Shown: piece after piece, positions 36,012-44,401 of the stretch
Layout of the letters: each line of letters begins with the position of its first letter
How positions within the stretch are numbered: the stretch's first letter is position 1
IMG/VR virus record: IMGVR_UViG_3300017644_000001
Span: 1-58,993 of that record
Length of the DNA: 58,993 nt
Origin: a virus
Lineage: Duplodnaviria > Caudoviricetes
Direction: 5' to 3' (one strand)
Translations under genes and position numbers: made by a program
The notes under the pieces: generated by a model
Database searches by the model: none
What the model was told of the DNA's origin: nothing
Seen by the model: only the letters and a program-made list of their open reading frames with translations

Positions 36012-36187
36012 TCCGCGAGGCTGAGATCGGCCAGCGGGCACGGCGTCACGACGCCGCTATCCCAGCCCACCTGGGCCATCGTGCCGTTGATCGAGCGGAT
36101 ATAGCCGCGGTCATGGTCGGCGGTGCCGACACCAGCCTCCACCTTCTGGTGGCGGTCCATCGCGGTCTGGGCTTGATGCTTGGTCAT
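36008..36187 (-). CDS. Small beta-rich hypothetical protein with its own promoter
   Basis: 59 aa starting MTKHQAQ; GGAG RBS. Confidence 0.6.
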   Translation of the reverse strand: MTKHQAQTAMDRHQKVEAGVGTADHDRGYIRSINGTMAQVGWDSGVVTPCPLADLSLAD

Positions 36188-36262
36188 CTGTCTCTCCATC
36201 TTGACCGCGCTCTCTGAGCCGGTCTCCTTTGGGGCCGGGCCAATCCCGGCCTGACAATGCCC

Positions 36263-36291
36263 ACTATACATGACTCCCCGGTCGCGTCGAG
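36263..36291 (-). promoter_or_regulatory. Sigma70-like promoter CTCGAC-N17-TATAGT
   Basis: Followed by a leader hairpin (gccggg-attgg-cccggc) and the RBS of the 59-aa gene. Confidence 0.45.
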
Positions 36292-36348
36292 GGGGGGCAA
36301 GTATATAATTCCCTAGGAAATCTCGTTTCTCCTGCGGTGTCTTTCCCC

Positions 36349-36771
36349 TCATGCGAATAGGTCCGCAGTCCCCCGCCGCTCGGCGCGGCGGCGCTGGTTG
36401 TCGTAGCGCAGGTGACAACGCTGGCACATAAACCGGAGGTTCTCGTCGCGGCAGTCCTCAGGCCGGTGGTTAAGATGCGCGACCGTGCAGACGATCCGAA
36501 TGATGCGGAGCCGGACCACGTCGCGGCCGTCACAACACCACGCCCCCGTGCCAGCGTCGGGCCACCTCACATACAGGCCATCATGGTTCAGCGGGATCGC
36601 CGGGAAGAACCGCCCGAGCGGGTCGCGGCCACCGACAGCGTGGTTCGCGACGCCGCACACCTCACATCGGTTGTCGGCGCGCGCCCGGATGCGTTCCCGG
36701 ATTGCTCCCCACTCCCTGGAGCGGATCGAGCCGCCGGGATAGCGCGCCATCTCGTCGGGGCGGATCGGCAT
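36349..36771 (-). CDS. HNH-like endonuclease
   Basis: CEVC..TVAHLNHRPEDC..ENL..MCQRCH. Confidence 0.8.
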   Translation of the reverse strand: MPIRPDEMARYPGGSIRSREWGAIRERIRARADNRCEVCGVANHAVGGRDPLGRFFPAIPLNHDGLYVRWPDAGTGAWCCDGRDVVRLRIIRIVCTVAHLNHRPEDCRDENLRFMCQRCHLRYDNQRRRAERRGTADLFA

Positions 36772-36953
36772 CAAGCATTCTCTTCCGGCTCGAACTCGCC
36801 GCACCAGTCGCTCGCATCGGTGAACGGCCAGCGGGCCACGCCGCTGCGGTCATCGGCCACCGGAGCGTGCACTCGGCACGGGCTCTTGTCCTCGTCGGCG
36901 GCCAGAGAAGTTGAGGTGTCCCACCAACGGCAGTTTTCACATTTTTTGTCCAC
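36771..36953 (-). CDS. Small Cys-rich phage protein
   Basis: CENCRWW..CRVHAP..WP..DWCGEF. Confidence 0.7.
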   Translation of the reverse strand: MDKKCENCRWWDTSTSLAADEDKSPCRVHAPVADDRSGVARWPFTDASDWCGEFEPEENA

Positions 36954-37089
36954 ATCGGCCCCCTTCGATCTCGTGCATCGCGTCGATATTCACCAGCGCC
37001 GACCGGAATGAATACGCGACAACCCAGGGGTTCGGCGTCATTGGCATCAGCTTCACCAACTCTTGCCGGGCTCGCGGAATGTTGCTCAC
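36937..37089 (-). pseudogene. Chimeric 50-aa remnant ORF
   Basis: Strong GGAGG RBS; MSNIPRARQEL joined to NPWVVAYSF..NID, which looks like the C-terminus of a longer phage protein. Confidence 0.4.
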
Positions 37090-37105
37090 GGTCCTGTCTC
37101 CTCCT

Positions 37106-37636
37106 TCAAAGCTTGATCGGAACGCCGTCGCGATTGAGCCCCTGCGCGATCAGCCCGAGCGCGCGGTCGCGCGCCCGGTATGCCGTGGCACGGCTCCACG
37201 CCTTGCGCCGGCACGCCTCGTCGAACGGGCGGCGATAGACCTTGCAGCGCAGATACAGGTGGATGACGCGGCGCGGCCCGTCCTGGACCGGCAGGTAGAT
37301 GACCGGCCAACGCATCGCGTCCTCGGCCATCGTTATCTTGCGCGCCGAGAACTGGCGGCGCTGCCGCGGCGCTTCGCGGGCCGACGTCTGCAACCACCAC
37401 GGCAGCGCATAGCCGTCGTCCGCGTAGTCCGGGACCGGGTCGATGGACATACTCTCGATCAGTTCGCGCGGCAGCGACGAACCGTAACCGCGCGGTCCAG
37501 CCGGGCCGGTCGTGTAGACCACGATCCGCGCTGCTTCGATCAGCCGGTTAAGGACCAGCTTCGGCACCCACAGGTCGGGCATCGCGTCACAATGCACGCT
37601 GCCGATGTCACGCGCGCTTTCGTATGCGTCACTCAT
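37106..37636 (-). CDS. Putative late transcription regulator (DUF6362-like, C-terminal HTH)
   Basis: RLIEAA..GP..YGS..AMRW..SRATAYRARDRALGLIAQGLN; located after the replication genes. Confidence 0.65.
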   Translation of the reverse strand: MSDAYESARDIGSVHCDAMPDLWVPKLVLNRLIEAARIVVYTTGPAGPRGYGSSLPRELIESMSIDPVPDYADDGYALPWWLQTSAREAPRQRRQFSARKITMAEDAMRWPVIYLPVQDGPRRVIHLYLRCKVYRRPFDEACRRKAWSRATAYRARDRALGLIAQGLNRDGVPIKL

Positions 37637-38964
37637 TCTGGGATTTCCGGCAGTTCGTCGTTGGCGGATGGCGGTAGCGCGGCAGGATCGTCGGGCGGCT
37701 CAACGTAGGTCGGTACGGTGTCCACGATGCCGCGCAGCCGGAAGTCCTGGATCGGCTTGCCGGTGAACCACAGCCACGGCTTCTTCGATCCGACCAGCTT
37801 CCAGTCCACGACCTTCTTCGATGCGCGCGACCACCGCTGGCGAAGCCGCGCCTCGATCTGCTCCTCGGTGCCGGTTTCGGTTGCGGAAAACTTCTCGGTG
37901 TAGATGCGGCGAACGTCATCGACGCGCGCGAGCAGCGCGATGTGCGATTTCAGCGGAAGATCGGATGGCGGCATCACGCCGTGCCGGTCTACGGCTTCGG
38001 CGAGCGCGTCGAGGAACTCGCGCTCGCCCTGCCCGACCCGCCAGCCCTTCTTTTTCTCCTTCGCCTTGTCGTCGGTCGCGCTCGGCGGAACCACGACGCA
38101 GGACGTGACCGGATCGCCCTCGCTGTCCTCGCCGAGCGTGGTCTGGCGCAGCCGGAAGCGATGCATCGCCCCGCCCGGTCCAGCCTTGAGCTTCCGCACC
38201 GTCCAGGTGTTCGGGCTGTCCGCCGTGGCGCCGGCAACCTCGATCTCGAAGTCGGCGGCCCCATGCAACGCTTCGTGGCCGCGCGGGCCGCGGCCCACCT
38301 CCTTGCCGCCGTGGTGGATACCCACGACGGTCACGCCGACGTGCTCTTGCAGGCGGCCACAGTTGATGACGAAAGCTCCCATGACATGGCTATCGTTCTC
38401 GTTTCCGCCGGCAAGCGAGCGCGCTACCGTATCAAGAACGACGCACCCCACACCGACGCCGCACTTCTCCTCCATCAGCGCGGACAGTCCCTTGATCTCG
38501 TTGGCGAGCTTCTTCGCGTCGGCGTCATTGGATCGAAGGTCGATGGACGTCGGGAGGAAAACGAACGGGATCACCGCGTCTAGCGGAATGTCGTGATCCT
38601 TGCGCCAAGCGTGGAGCCTGATTTCGAAGTCGTCGCGGCCTTCGGCCACGACGTAGACCACGCCGAACGGGCGCGCCTTGTAGCGGAACCACTCGGGCCG
38701 CTGTCCCTGCGGTAGCAGCGTTCCTGCCGCGCACGTCAGCATCAGGTCGGACACCAGAAACGACTTCCCGCAGCCGGGCGGGCCGTAGACGATGCCGAAT
38801 GTCTTCGCGAGGATCAGGTTCTTGACCAGCCAATCGCGCTGTGGGCGCTGCTTGCCGATCTCGTGAAACCACGTCGCGGCGAACTGCGACTTAAACGGCA
38901 TCGCCAGCGAGAGCGTGACCTTCTCGAACTCCTCGAACGACTGGATCGGCGGCAATTCGCTCAT
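37633..38964 (-). CDS. RepA-like SF4 helicase (AAA_25)
   Basis: GPPGCGKS, YVVAEG, VLDTVARS..GGNEN and IHHGGK..RGHEALHGAAD. Confidence 0.92.
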   Translation of the reverse strand: MSELPPIQSFEEFEKVTLSLAMPFKSQFAATWFHEIGKQRPQRDWLVKNLILAKTFGIVYGPPGCGKSFLVSDLMLTCAAGTLLPQGQRPEWFRYKARPFGVVYVVAEGRDDFEIRLHAWRKDHDIPLDAVIPFVFLPTSIDLRSNDADAKKLANEIKGLSALMEEKCGVGVGCVVLDTVARSLAGGNENDSHVMGAFVINCGRLQEHVGVTVVGIHHGGKEVGRGPRGHEALHGAADFEIEVAGATADSPNTWTVRKLKAGPGGAMHRFRLRQTTLGEDSEGDPVTSCVVVPPSATDDKAKEKKKGWRVGQGEREFLDALAEAVDRHGVMPPSDLPLKSHIALLARVDDVRRIYTEKFSATETGTEEQIEARLRQRWSRASKKVVDWKLVGSKKPWLWFTGKPIQDFRLRGIVDTVPTYVEPPDDPAALPPSANDELPEIPE

Positions 38965-40088
38965 TGATCGGCACCGCCTCGTTCGAGCCACACGTCGTTA
39001 AAGTCCTTTCCGTCCGGCGCCATGTGCACCGCTACGTCGCGGCCCTGGCCGCGGTAGCGGCGCGCCGCGACGAGCAAGCGCATCCTCGTCATGACCCGCT
39101 CGCTGTCACCGTCACCGAGCAGGATCACGTCCTCGATGTCGGGGCGAAGGATCGCGCCGGGCCGGTCCTGGTCGGGATCGCCGTTCGGGACGCGGCGACC
39201 TTTGATGGTGGGGTGCGCGATGGATGCGGTAGCCCCGCCCGCCATGTTGCCGAGGTTGATCGCCGCCGCGACGCTGATGTCGTCGCCGCCGAGCCCAAGC
39301 TGAAACCACGCCCGCGTCGTCTCGATCCCCTCGCCCATTGCGAGCCGATTGGTCGGCGCGCTCAACGCGATGGTGCCGCCCGACTGCTCGCCCAACACCT
39401 TCTTCGCGGCGTTGCGCGATGCGTCGCCGGGTGCCGTCAGCTTTCGAGGCTCGGTCCGATCAAGATAGGTGCGGTGGACACCGATCAGCACGCCATCCAC
39501 GTCGCGGATCGCAGCAATCATCGCCGGGAACTCACCGAGCGGCGTGGCTTCCTCGGCGCTCTCGTCGGCGAAGCCGCGATATTCCAGCGCCGGCATGAAG
39601 CGAAGGTCGAACGTCCAGGACGGGTACACTTCGAGGCCGCGCGCTTCGAGATAGCGCGCCGCGTGCGTGCCCTCGATTGGCTTGCCTGCACCGAACAGAC
39701 CCTCGCAAGATCGAAGGCGACGCTCACGCGCCGCCCTTTCCTGCTCTTCGACCTTCTGGCGCTGCGCCTTGAACTTCTCACGGTCCTCGGGGCTCTGCTC
39801 CCTAACACCACCGAGGTCTTTCACGACCTCGACGAAGGGCTTGCCGGTGAAGTGCATCAGCGCGTCGATCACGTCGCCGCGCTCGTTGCAGCCGAAGCAA
39901 TGGAACGTGCCTTTGACGTCATCGACCTTGCAGCTTGGCGTCTTTTCCAGATGGAACGGGCACAACGCCTTCGCCATCGAGCCGCGACCACGAACCTTGT
40001 AGCCGTACTGCTCGAACACCGAGGAGATGCTGTGCTTGGACTTCAACTCGTCCAGTTCGATCTCGTCGAAACGCCCCCGCGCCATCAT
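38961..40088 (-). CDS. DNA primase (CHC2 zinc finger plus Toprim)
   Basis: CPFHLEKTPSC..CFGC, GVHRTYL, GEGIET and LLGDGD. Confidence 0.92.
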   Translation of the reverse strand: MMARGRFDEIELDELKSKHSISSVFEQYGYKVRGRGSMAKALCPFHLEKTPSCKVDDVKGTFHCFGCNERGDVIDALMHFTGKPFVEVVKDLGGVREQSPEDREKFKAQRQKVEEQERAARERRLRSCEGLFGAGKPIEGTHAARYLEARGLEVYPSWTFDLRFMPALEYRGFADESAEEATPLGEFPAMIAAIRDVDGVLIGVHRTYLDRTEPRKLTAPGDASRNAAKKVLGEQSGGTIALSAPTNRLAMGEGIETTRAWFQLGLGGDDISVAAAINLGNMAGGATASIAHPTIKGRRVPNGDPDQDRPGAILRPDIEDVILLGDGDSERVMTRMRLLVAARRYRGQGRDVAVHMAPDGKDFNDVWLERGGADQ

Positions 40089-40528
40089 GCGTGCCCCTGC
40101 GGGACGATACCGACGCGGCGCCAGACGATTGCGTTCGATCCGTCGAGGGTCGCTGCAGGCTTCACGCCGGCGGCGTCCCAGGCGCGGAACATACGATCCC
40201 GCACCTCGAACCACTTACCGCGGTCCTCGACCCTGTTCACGTCGTCTACGGTCAGGCTGTTCCAGTCAGCGAGCCGCTCGGCAATACCGGCGGCGAACTC
40301 CGCATCCTCGCGTGTGAGAAAAACGGCGAGCCCGAAGCCGGACGGAATGTGCATGAGCGGGTAAACGACGACACTGCCGTCTCGGCACTCAGCCGAGTGC
40401 CACCAGATACCGAACGAGCCATTGACCACACCAGACACATCGCGCCACTCGGGCGGTTGCCGCATCCGATCCGGTGAAGTGAAGAACGCGACCCGGAACG
40501 TGCCCTTGCTCCATCCGTCCTGGCTCAT
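40085..40528 (-). CDS. Hypothetical protein
   Basis: 147 aa, ATGA-coupled on both sides. Confidence 0.7.
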   Translation of the reverse strand: MSQDGWSKGTFRVAFFTSPDRMRQPPEWRDVSGVVNGSFGIWWHSAECRDGSVVVYPLMHIPSGFGLAVFLTREDAEFAAGIAERLADWNSLTVDDVNRVEDRGKWFEVRDRMFRAWDAAGVKPAATLDGSNAIVWRRVGIVPQGHA

Positions 40529-41061
40529 GACCGCTCCTTGTCGAAGTTGAGAGGTGGTTCACGGCGAAGCCCAGGCTCGATCACCGCGGCCATGTAGGCC
40601 CAGATCGCGCAAGCATCGCCTTCGTCGTCGTTGCGAACGTCCCACCCGAGCGCCTTGCAGGCGCGGACCGTGGCGATCTTCGCTTCGGCCCGCTTGAGCC
40701 GGCGGGTGCCGATGAAATAACCGCGCACGTCGTTCGCCATCGCCTTACGGATCGTGGTCACGCCCATGCGATACGCGACGCCCTGGATCACCGCCGGCAG
40801 GCCGAACAAGACCTCAATGGTCGCCTTCGTCGCCTTCCCGCTCCGCAAGCGGAATAGCTCGGGCTCCTCGTAGACGATGATGCGCGGCTTGAACGCGAGC
40901 AGCCGCGTCCCGAGCCACTTCACCGCGCCGGCAAACTGCTCCTCCTGCGAGGCGCCATCGCCGGCAAACTTGTCGGAGCCGAACCGTGGCGTCTCGCCGG
41001 GGCGGCCCTCGGCCCAACCGAACCGGCGGGCCAAATCGAGCGCAAGGATGGTGTTGTCCAT
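40525..41061 (-). CDS. RuvC-like Holliday junction resolvase
   Basis: ILALDLA..GWA, IVYEEP and NDDEGDA. Confidence 0.85.
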   Translation of the reverse strand: MDNTILALDLARRFGWAEGRPGETPRFGSDKFAGDGASQEEQFAGAVKWLGTRLLAFKPRIIVYEEPELFRLRSGKATKATIEVLFGLPAVIQGVAYRMGVTTIRKAMANDVRGYFIGTRRLKRAEAKIATVRACKALGWDVRNDDEGDACAIWAYMAAVIEPGLRREPPLNFDKERS

Positions 41062-41465
41062 CACGTTCTCCCCTGCACAACGCGGCGGATCGCCGCAAAG
41101 TGGCGCGAATAAGCGGGATCGCTCGCCATCAATTTGCGGTGCTGGTCCAGCGCCCAGTAAACGGTCGAGTGGTCGCGGTCGCCGAATAGCTGACCGATCC
41201 GCGTCAGGCTCAGCTTGAACAAGCTGCGAGCCAGCGCGAACGACATCCGCCTCGCGTACCGCACGCGCTGCGTTCCGCCGCGCTTGACGATGTCTTGCGC
41301 GGTCAACCCGAAGTGCGTGGCCGCAGCCCACCGGATCAAGGCGACGCCATACAGTCCGACGGGAGTATTCGGCCACGCAATCGCGTTGAGCCTCGCCCGA
41401 CGTTCCCGCTCAGCCTCGATCCGGCGGCGACGCCGCAGCACACGGGTATGTCTGGTGACCGCCAT
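41061..41465 (-). CDS. DnaA C-terminal-like HTH DNA-binding protein
   Basis: HFGLT..DI..RYARRM..SLTRIGQLFGDRDHSTV. Confidence 0.85.
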   Translation of the reverse strand: MAVTRHTRVLRRRRRIEAERERRARLNAIAWPNTPVGLYGVALIRWAAATHFGLTAQDIVKRGGTQRVRYARRMSFALARSLFKLSLTRIGQLFGDRDHSTVYWALDQHRKLMASDPAYSRHFAAIRRVVQGRT

Positions 41466-42140
41466 CTAAGCGACCTGTTTCGCGATCTCGGCGACGCGCC
41501 GTTCGAGCGCGTCGATCTTGCCGGTCAGCGCCGTCACCTCTCGCTGCCATTCCTGAATGTCGCCGCGGAGCTTCTCGCCGCGCTTGACCGTCTCGCGTGC
41601 CTCGGCGATTGCCGCCTGTGCGTCGTTGACCAGGACGCGCATTTCCTCGTTGGAGCGGACCGGGCCAAAGTTCTGTTCGCGCAACTCGGCGACCCACGCC
41701 CACGGACACCCGAGTTCTTTCGCGACGCGCTGATCGGACCAGCCCGAGCCGTATCCGACTTTCTCGTCAACGTAGACCTCCTCGAGCTTCGCGAAGATGA
41801 TGCGGCGGTCGTTGAACGTCGGGACACGCGGTTGGTCTGCGGCGGCCGGCGCCGCCTCCTGTTTCGACATCGGAATAACCTCGGCGGTTTGCTTGGGCGC
41901 GCGCCGTTCCTGGCGCTTACGGAACTGACAACCTGGGCAAAGGTCGTGGTTCGCGCTGCGGCCGACCTGCCAGCCGCGGCGCTGAAAAATCTTGTTCAAG
42001 TCCTCGGATGCACGCGATCCCGAATAGGTGTTCGCCGAAATGTCGAGCGTCGCGGGACACTCCGAGCATGTGATGCGATGGACGCGACGCCGACCGGCTT
42101 CGGCCTGGACCGTGATCGGCGTGAAGAGGCGCCCACTCAC
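41466..42140 (-). CDS. Zinc-finger plus coiled-coil phage protein
   Basis: CSEC..CPGC, WSDQRVAKELG..WVAELRE..FG, and a coiled C-terminus. Confidence 0.7.
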   Translation of the reverse strand: MSGRLFTPITVQAEAGRRRVHRITCSECPATLDISANTYSGSRASEDLNKIFQRRGWQVGRSANHDLCPGCQFRKRQERRAPKQTAEVIPMSKQEAAPAAADQPRVPTFNDRRIIFAKLEEVYVDEKVGYGSGWSDQRVAKELGCPWAWVAELREQNFGPVRSNEEMRVLVNDAQAAIAEARETVKRGEKLRGDIQEWQREVTALTGKIDALERRVAEIAKQVA

Positions 42141-42412
42141 TTCGGCGCCTCGATAAGCTCGAACGGGCTCGCGGTGATCGTCGCGATACCGTCGCGGGCA
42201 AGGACCGCCTCGCCGCGAGCGACCACGATACGCTGACCTGGATGCGCGCCGCGCTCAACGGTGAGCTTGGTCACGACGATGCCGCCGTCAGCGACAATCT
42301 TGCGCCACAAGACCGCGATGGATGGGTCGCCTTCGACCTCGAATAGCCACCACGCATTGCCGCTCGCGGTCTTGATCGTGGTTGTGCAGTTGTAGACCCT
42401 TCGCGCGGTCAT
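42137..42412 (-). CDS. Hypothetical protein
   Basis: 91 aa, GGAG RBS. Confidence 0.65.
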   Translation of the reverse strand: MTARRVYNCTTTIKTASGNAWWLFEVEGDPSIAVLWRKIVADGGIVVTKLTVERGAHPGQRIVVARGEAVLARDGIATITASPFELIEAPK

Positions 42413-42481
42413 GCTTGCTCCGTTGGTTGACGAGAGAAAAACAAAAAAGATGGACGCGGCCCGGAGGCCGCGCCACGCCGA

Positions 42482-42886
42482 TTAACTTGTGAGTGCTTCG
42501 TCAACGGCCGCGTCGTCGGCTGACTTTTTCGCGGGCTGCACGTTGTGGGCGCGCTTCAAGATGTCGGAGAGCATCTCGGCGGTGTCGGAAAACATGTCGA
42601 GTTGATCGAGAAACCCGAGCTTCACCCAGTACTCGATGCTGGCCCGGATCACGCCGGATCGCTTCGCCTCCTCCATGTCGTGGAGACGGCGCGCAAATGT
42701 CAGCGCGGTCTTTTCCAGACCAAACCGCTCGACGGCGCTCTGCGTCGCCTTGCCGGCGTTGCCGGCGTACTCGCTGGCGAGGCCCTTCTGCCGGCTGATC
42801 TCCTCGACCTCACGCTTCAACTGGGCGGCGGTGATCCTTTTCAGACCATCGCCTTCGCCTTCCTTCATGCTGGCTCGTCGCGCCAT
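42482..42886 (-). CDS. Divergent GapR-like (DUF2312-like) DNA-binding protein
   Basis: QLKR.VE.I..FGLEKTAL...RRL..MEEAKR......EY..KLG pattern. Confidence 0.5.
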   Translation of the reverse strand: MARRASMKEGEGDGLKRITAAQLKREVEEISRQKGLASEYAGNAGKATQSAVERFGLEKTALTFARRLHDMEEAKRSGVIRASIEYWVKLGFLDQLDMFSDTAEMLSDILKRAHNVQPAKKSADDAAVDEALTS

Positions 42887-42910
42887 ATCCCTGCTCCTTG
42901 CTTTGCCGTT

Positions 42911-43240
42911 CTAAGCGGCGGGTTTCTGCGGAGCGCGCTTCCCGCGCGACCGCTTCTGCGGTTCGCGCTTCTTGCGTGGCCGCTCTGGAACCTTGCTGAG
43001 TGGGATTTTTTCGATGCCGTCCGGCCACCGAAGCGTCGCAGGCCAGTGGTGCGCGAACTTCGCGACCGCGCGGTCGTAGATGTAAACAGAGAAGCGAGAT
43101 TTCCCGGACACCAGCTTGTCGTAGAAGCGCACGTCGCCCGTAAACCTTTGGGAGACCGTGCTAAACGCCACTTCTGTGTGTTCGGCGTAAGCCTGGAAAA
43201 GCTTAATCAGATGGCCCCGAAGGACCGGCTCCAAGGGCAT
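42911..43240 (-). CDS. Cro-like regulator
   Basis: Divergent from cI; L..AY..STVS..GD..FYDKL..G..WP..WP is typical of alphaproteobacterial phage Cro-like proteins. Confidence 0.75.
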   Translation of the reverse strand: MPLEPVLRGHLIKLFQAYAEHTEVAFSTVSQRFTGDVRFYDKLVSGKSRFSVYIYDRAVAKFAHHWPATLRWPDGIEKIPLSKVPERPRKKREPQKRSRGKRAPQKPAA

Positions 43241-43304
43241 TGTAAATCTCCAACCCGAGCTAGGCTGGTTAACCTTGTAAAGGTACAAGGTCGAAAAAAG
43301 TCAA
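43240..43304 (-). promoter_or_regulatory. PR-like promoter (TTGACT at 43299-43304) with operators at 43275-43288 and 43240-43253
   Basis: ACCTTGTA-AAGG-TACAAGGT palindrome and TTGTA-AATC-TCCAA. Confidence 0.75.
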
Positions 43305-43373
43305 TACCGTTTTTATGGGGGCGGGCTATAATTCCCGCACCTTAAAAGATCACTGTAGATCATGGAGTTAATT

Positions 43374-44129
43374 ATGGCGCGTAGCGGCCAAAAGAGATCA
43401 CGCCCTCAACCAACCACCGAAGATCAGGAGCAATTCGCTGAACTGCGAAGACGGCTCGAACATCTCGTCGGGGCATCGGGACGATCAGCAGCGGAAATTT
43501 CCGCCGCCCTCGGCAGGAACGCCTCCTACATATCCCAGATTACGACCGGCAAACAGAAGTCGATTAACGTATTCGACCTCGTCCCATTGTCGATCCAGTT
43601 GGATTGCGACGTTCGCTACCTGCTCCTCGACATAAACACACCAAGGCCGCGCTCGTGGCCGGCGGCACCTACCGCCCCGGAACCCGCCTCGTCGCTCAAG
43701 TTCGGCGGTGTCTGCGAAACCGGCGTGTGGCGCCCGTCGTCCCTCCCCGCTGTCGAAAGGCAGAGCAACGCCATCCTGGCACCGCACTTCCCCTTCCCCG
43801 GCGAGCAATTACGGTTCGAAGCCCGCGGCGACGCCGCTGCATCAGCGCACATCCGTGATGGGATGGCCGTGATCGGTCTAGGGTTCCGGGACTTCGTCAA
43901 GCACGTCCGTCCGCTCACAACCGGGATGCTGGTAGTCCTGCGACGGGAACGGATTGCGAGCGGCGAGGTCGAGCTTTCGATCCGGCGGGCAACGGTCGGA
44001 AAGTCCATCATCCTTGCGTCACCAGACAACGAGGACGTTCTCAAGGAGATCGACATGAGCCGCGTCCCAAGAGAGGAAACGGCCGAAATTGTGGCTGTGG
44101 TATCGGCCGGGATCGAGTTCTTCATCTAA
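43374..44129 (+). CDS. CI-like repressor (XRE HTH plus degenerate S24 domain)
   Basis: HTH SAAEISAALGRNASYISQITTG; the C-terminal domain follows the S24 layout but has GDAA and SIRR. Confidence 0.85.
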   Translation: MARSGQKRSRPQPTTEDQEQFAELRRRLEHLVGASGRSAAEISAALGRNASYISQITTGKQKSINVFDLVPLSIQLDCDVRYLLLDINTPRPRSWPAAPTAPEPASSLKFGGVCETGVWRPSSLPAVERQSNAILAPHFPFPGEQLRFEARGDAAASAHIRDGMAVIGLGFRDFVKHVRPLTTGMLVVLRRERIASGEVELSIRRATVGKSIILASPDNEDVLKEIDMSRVPREETAEIVAVVSAGIEFFI

Positions 44130-44138
44130 AAAAAGGTA

Positions 44139-44158
44139 TTGACTTTGTAAAACTACAA
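44139..44158 (+). promoter_or_regulatory. PL-like promoter -35 (TTGACT) with operator TTGTA-AAAC-TACAA
   Basis: GGTATTGACTTT is the reverse complement of 43297-43308; operator at 44145-44158. Confidence 0.7.
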
Positions 44159-44202
44159 GCGCAAGTCGCGTAGCGACACCCCACTACCTATTAACAAGCA
44201 CA

Positions 44203-44237
44203 ACGGGGCCGCCCGACAGGGGCGGCCCCGTCCTTTT
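44203..44237 (+). terminator. Intrinsic terminator
   Basis: acggggccgccc-gacag-gggcggccccgt followed by cctttt. Confidence 0.75.
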
Positions 44238-44303
44238 AAGAGGTTGATATATCAGAGTTATTAAGTGGTTACTGTCTGGCTTCGCGGCAAAAATAATTTT
44301 CCA

Positions 44304-44370
44304 ATGTATTTTTACAATTCAGTTGCCAAGAGGGCTTGTATTTTTCCGTAAGCGGATTGTATCTTTCCCG
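44304..44370 (+). promoter_or_regulatory. Operator ATGTA-TTTT-TACAA and two weaker half-matches before the early operon
   Basis: Sites at 44304-44317, 44336-44349 and 44357-44370. Confidence 0.6.
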
Positions 44371-44401
44371 TGCCGACGCAAACGGCATTGGAGATCATGA
44401 C

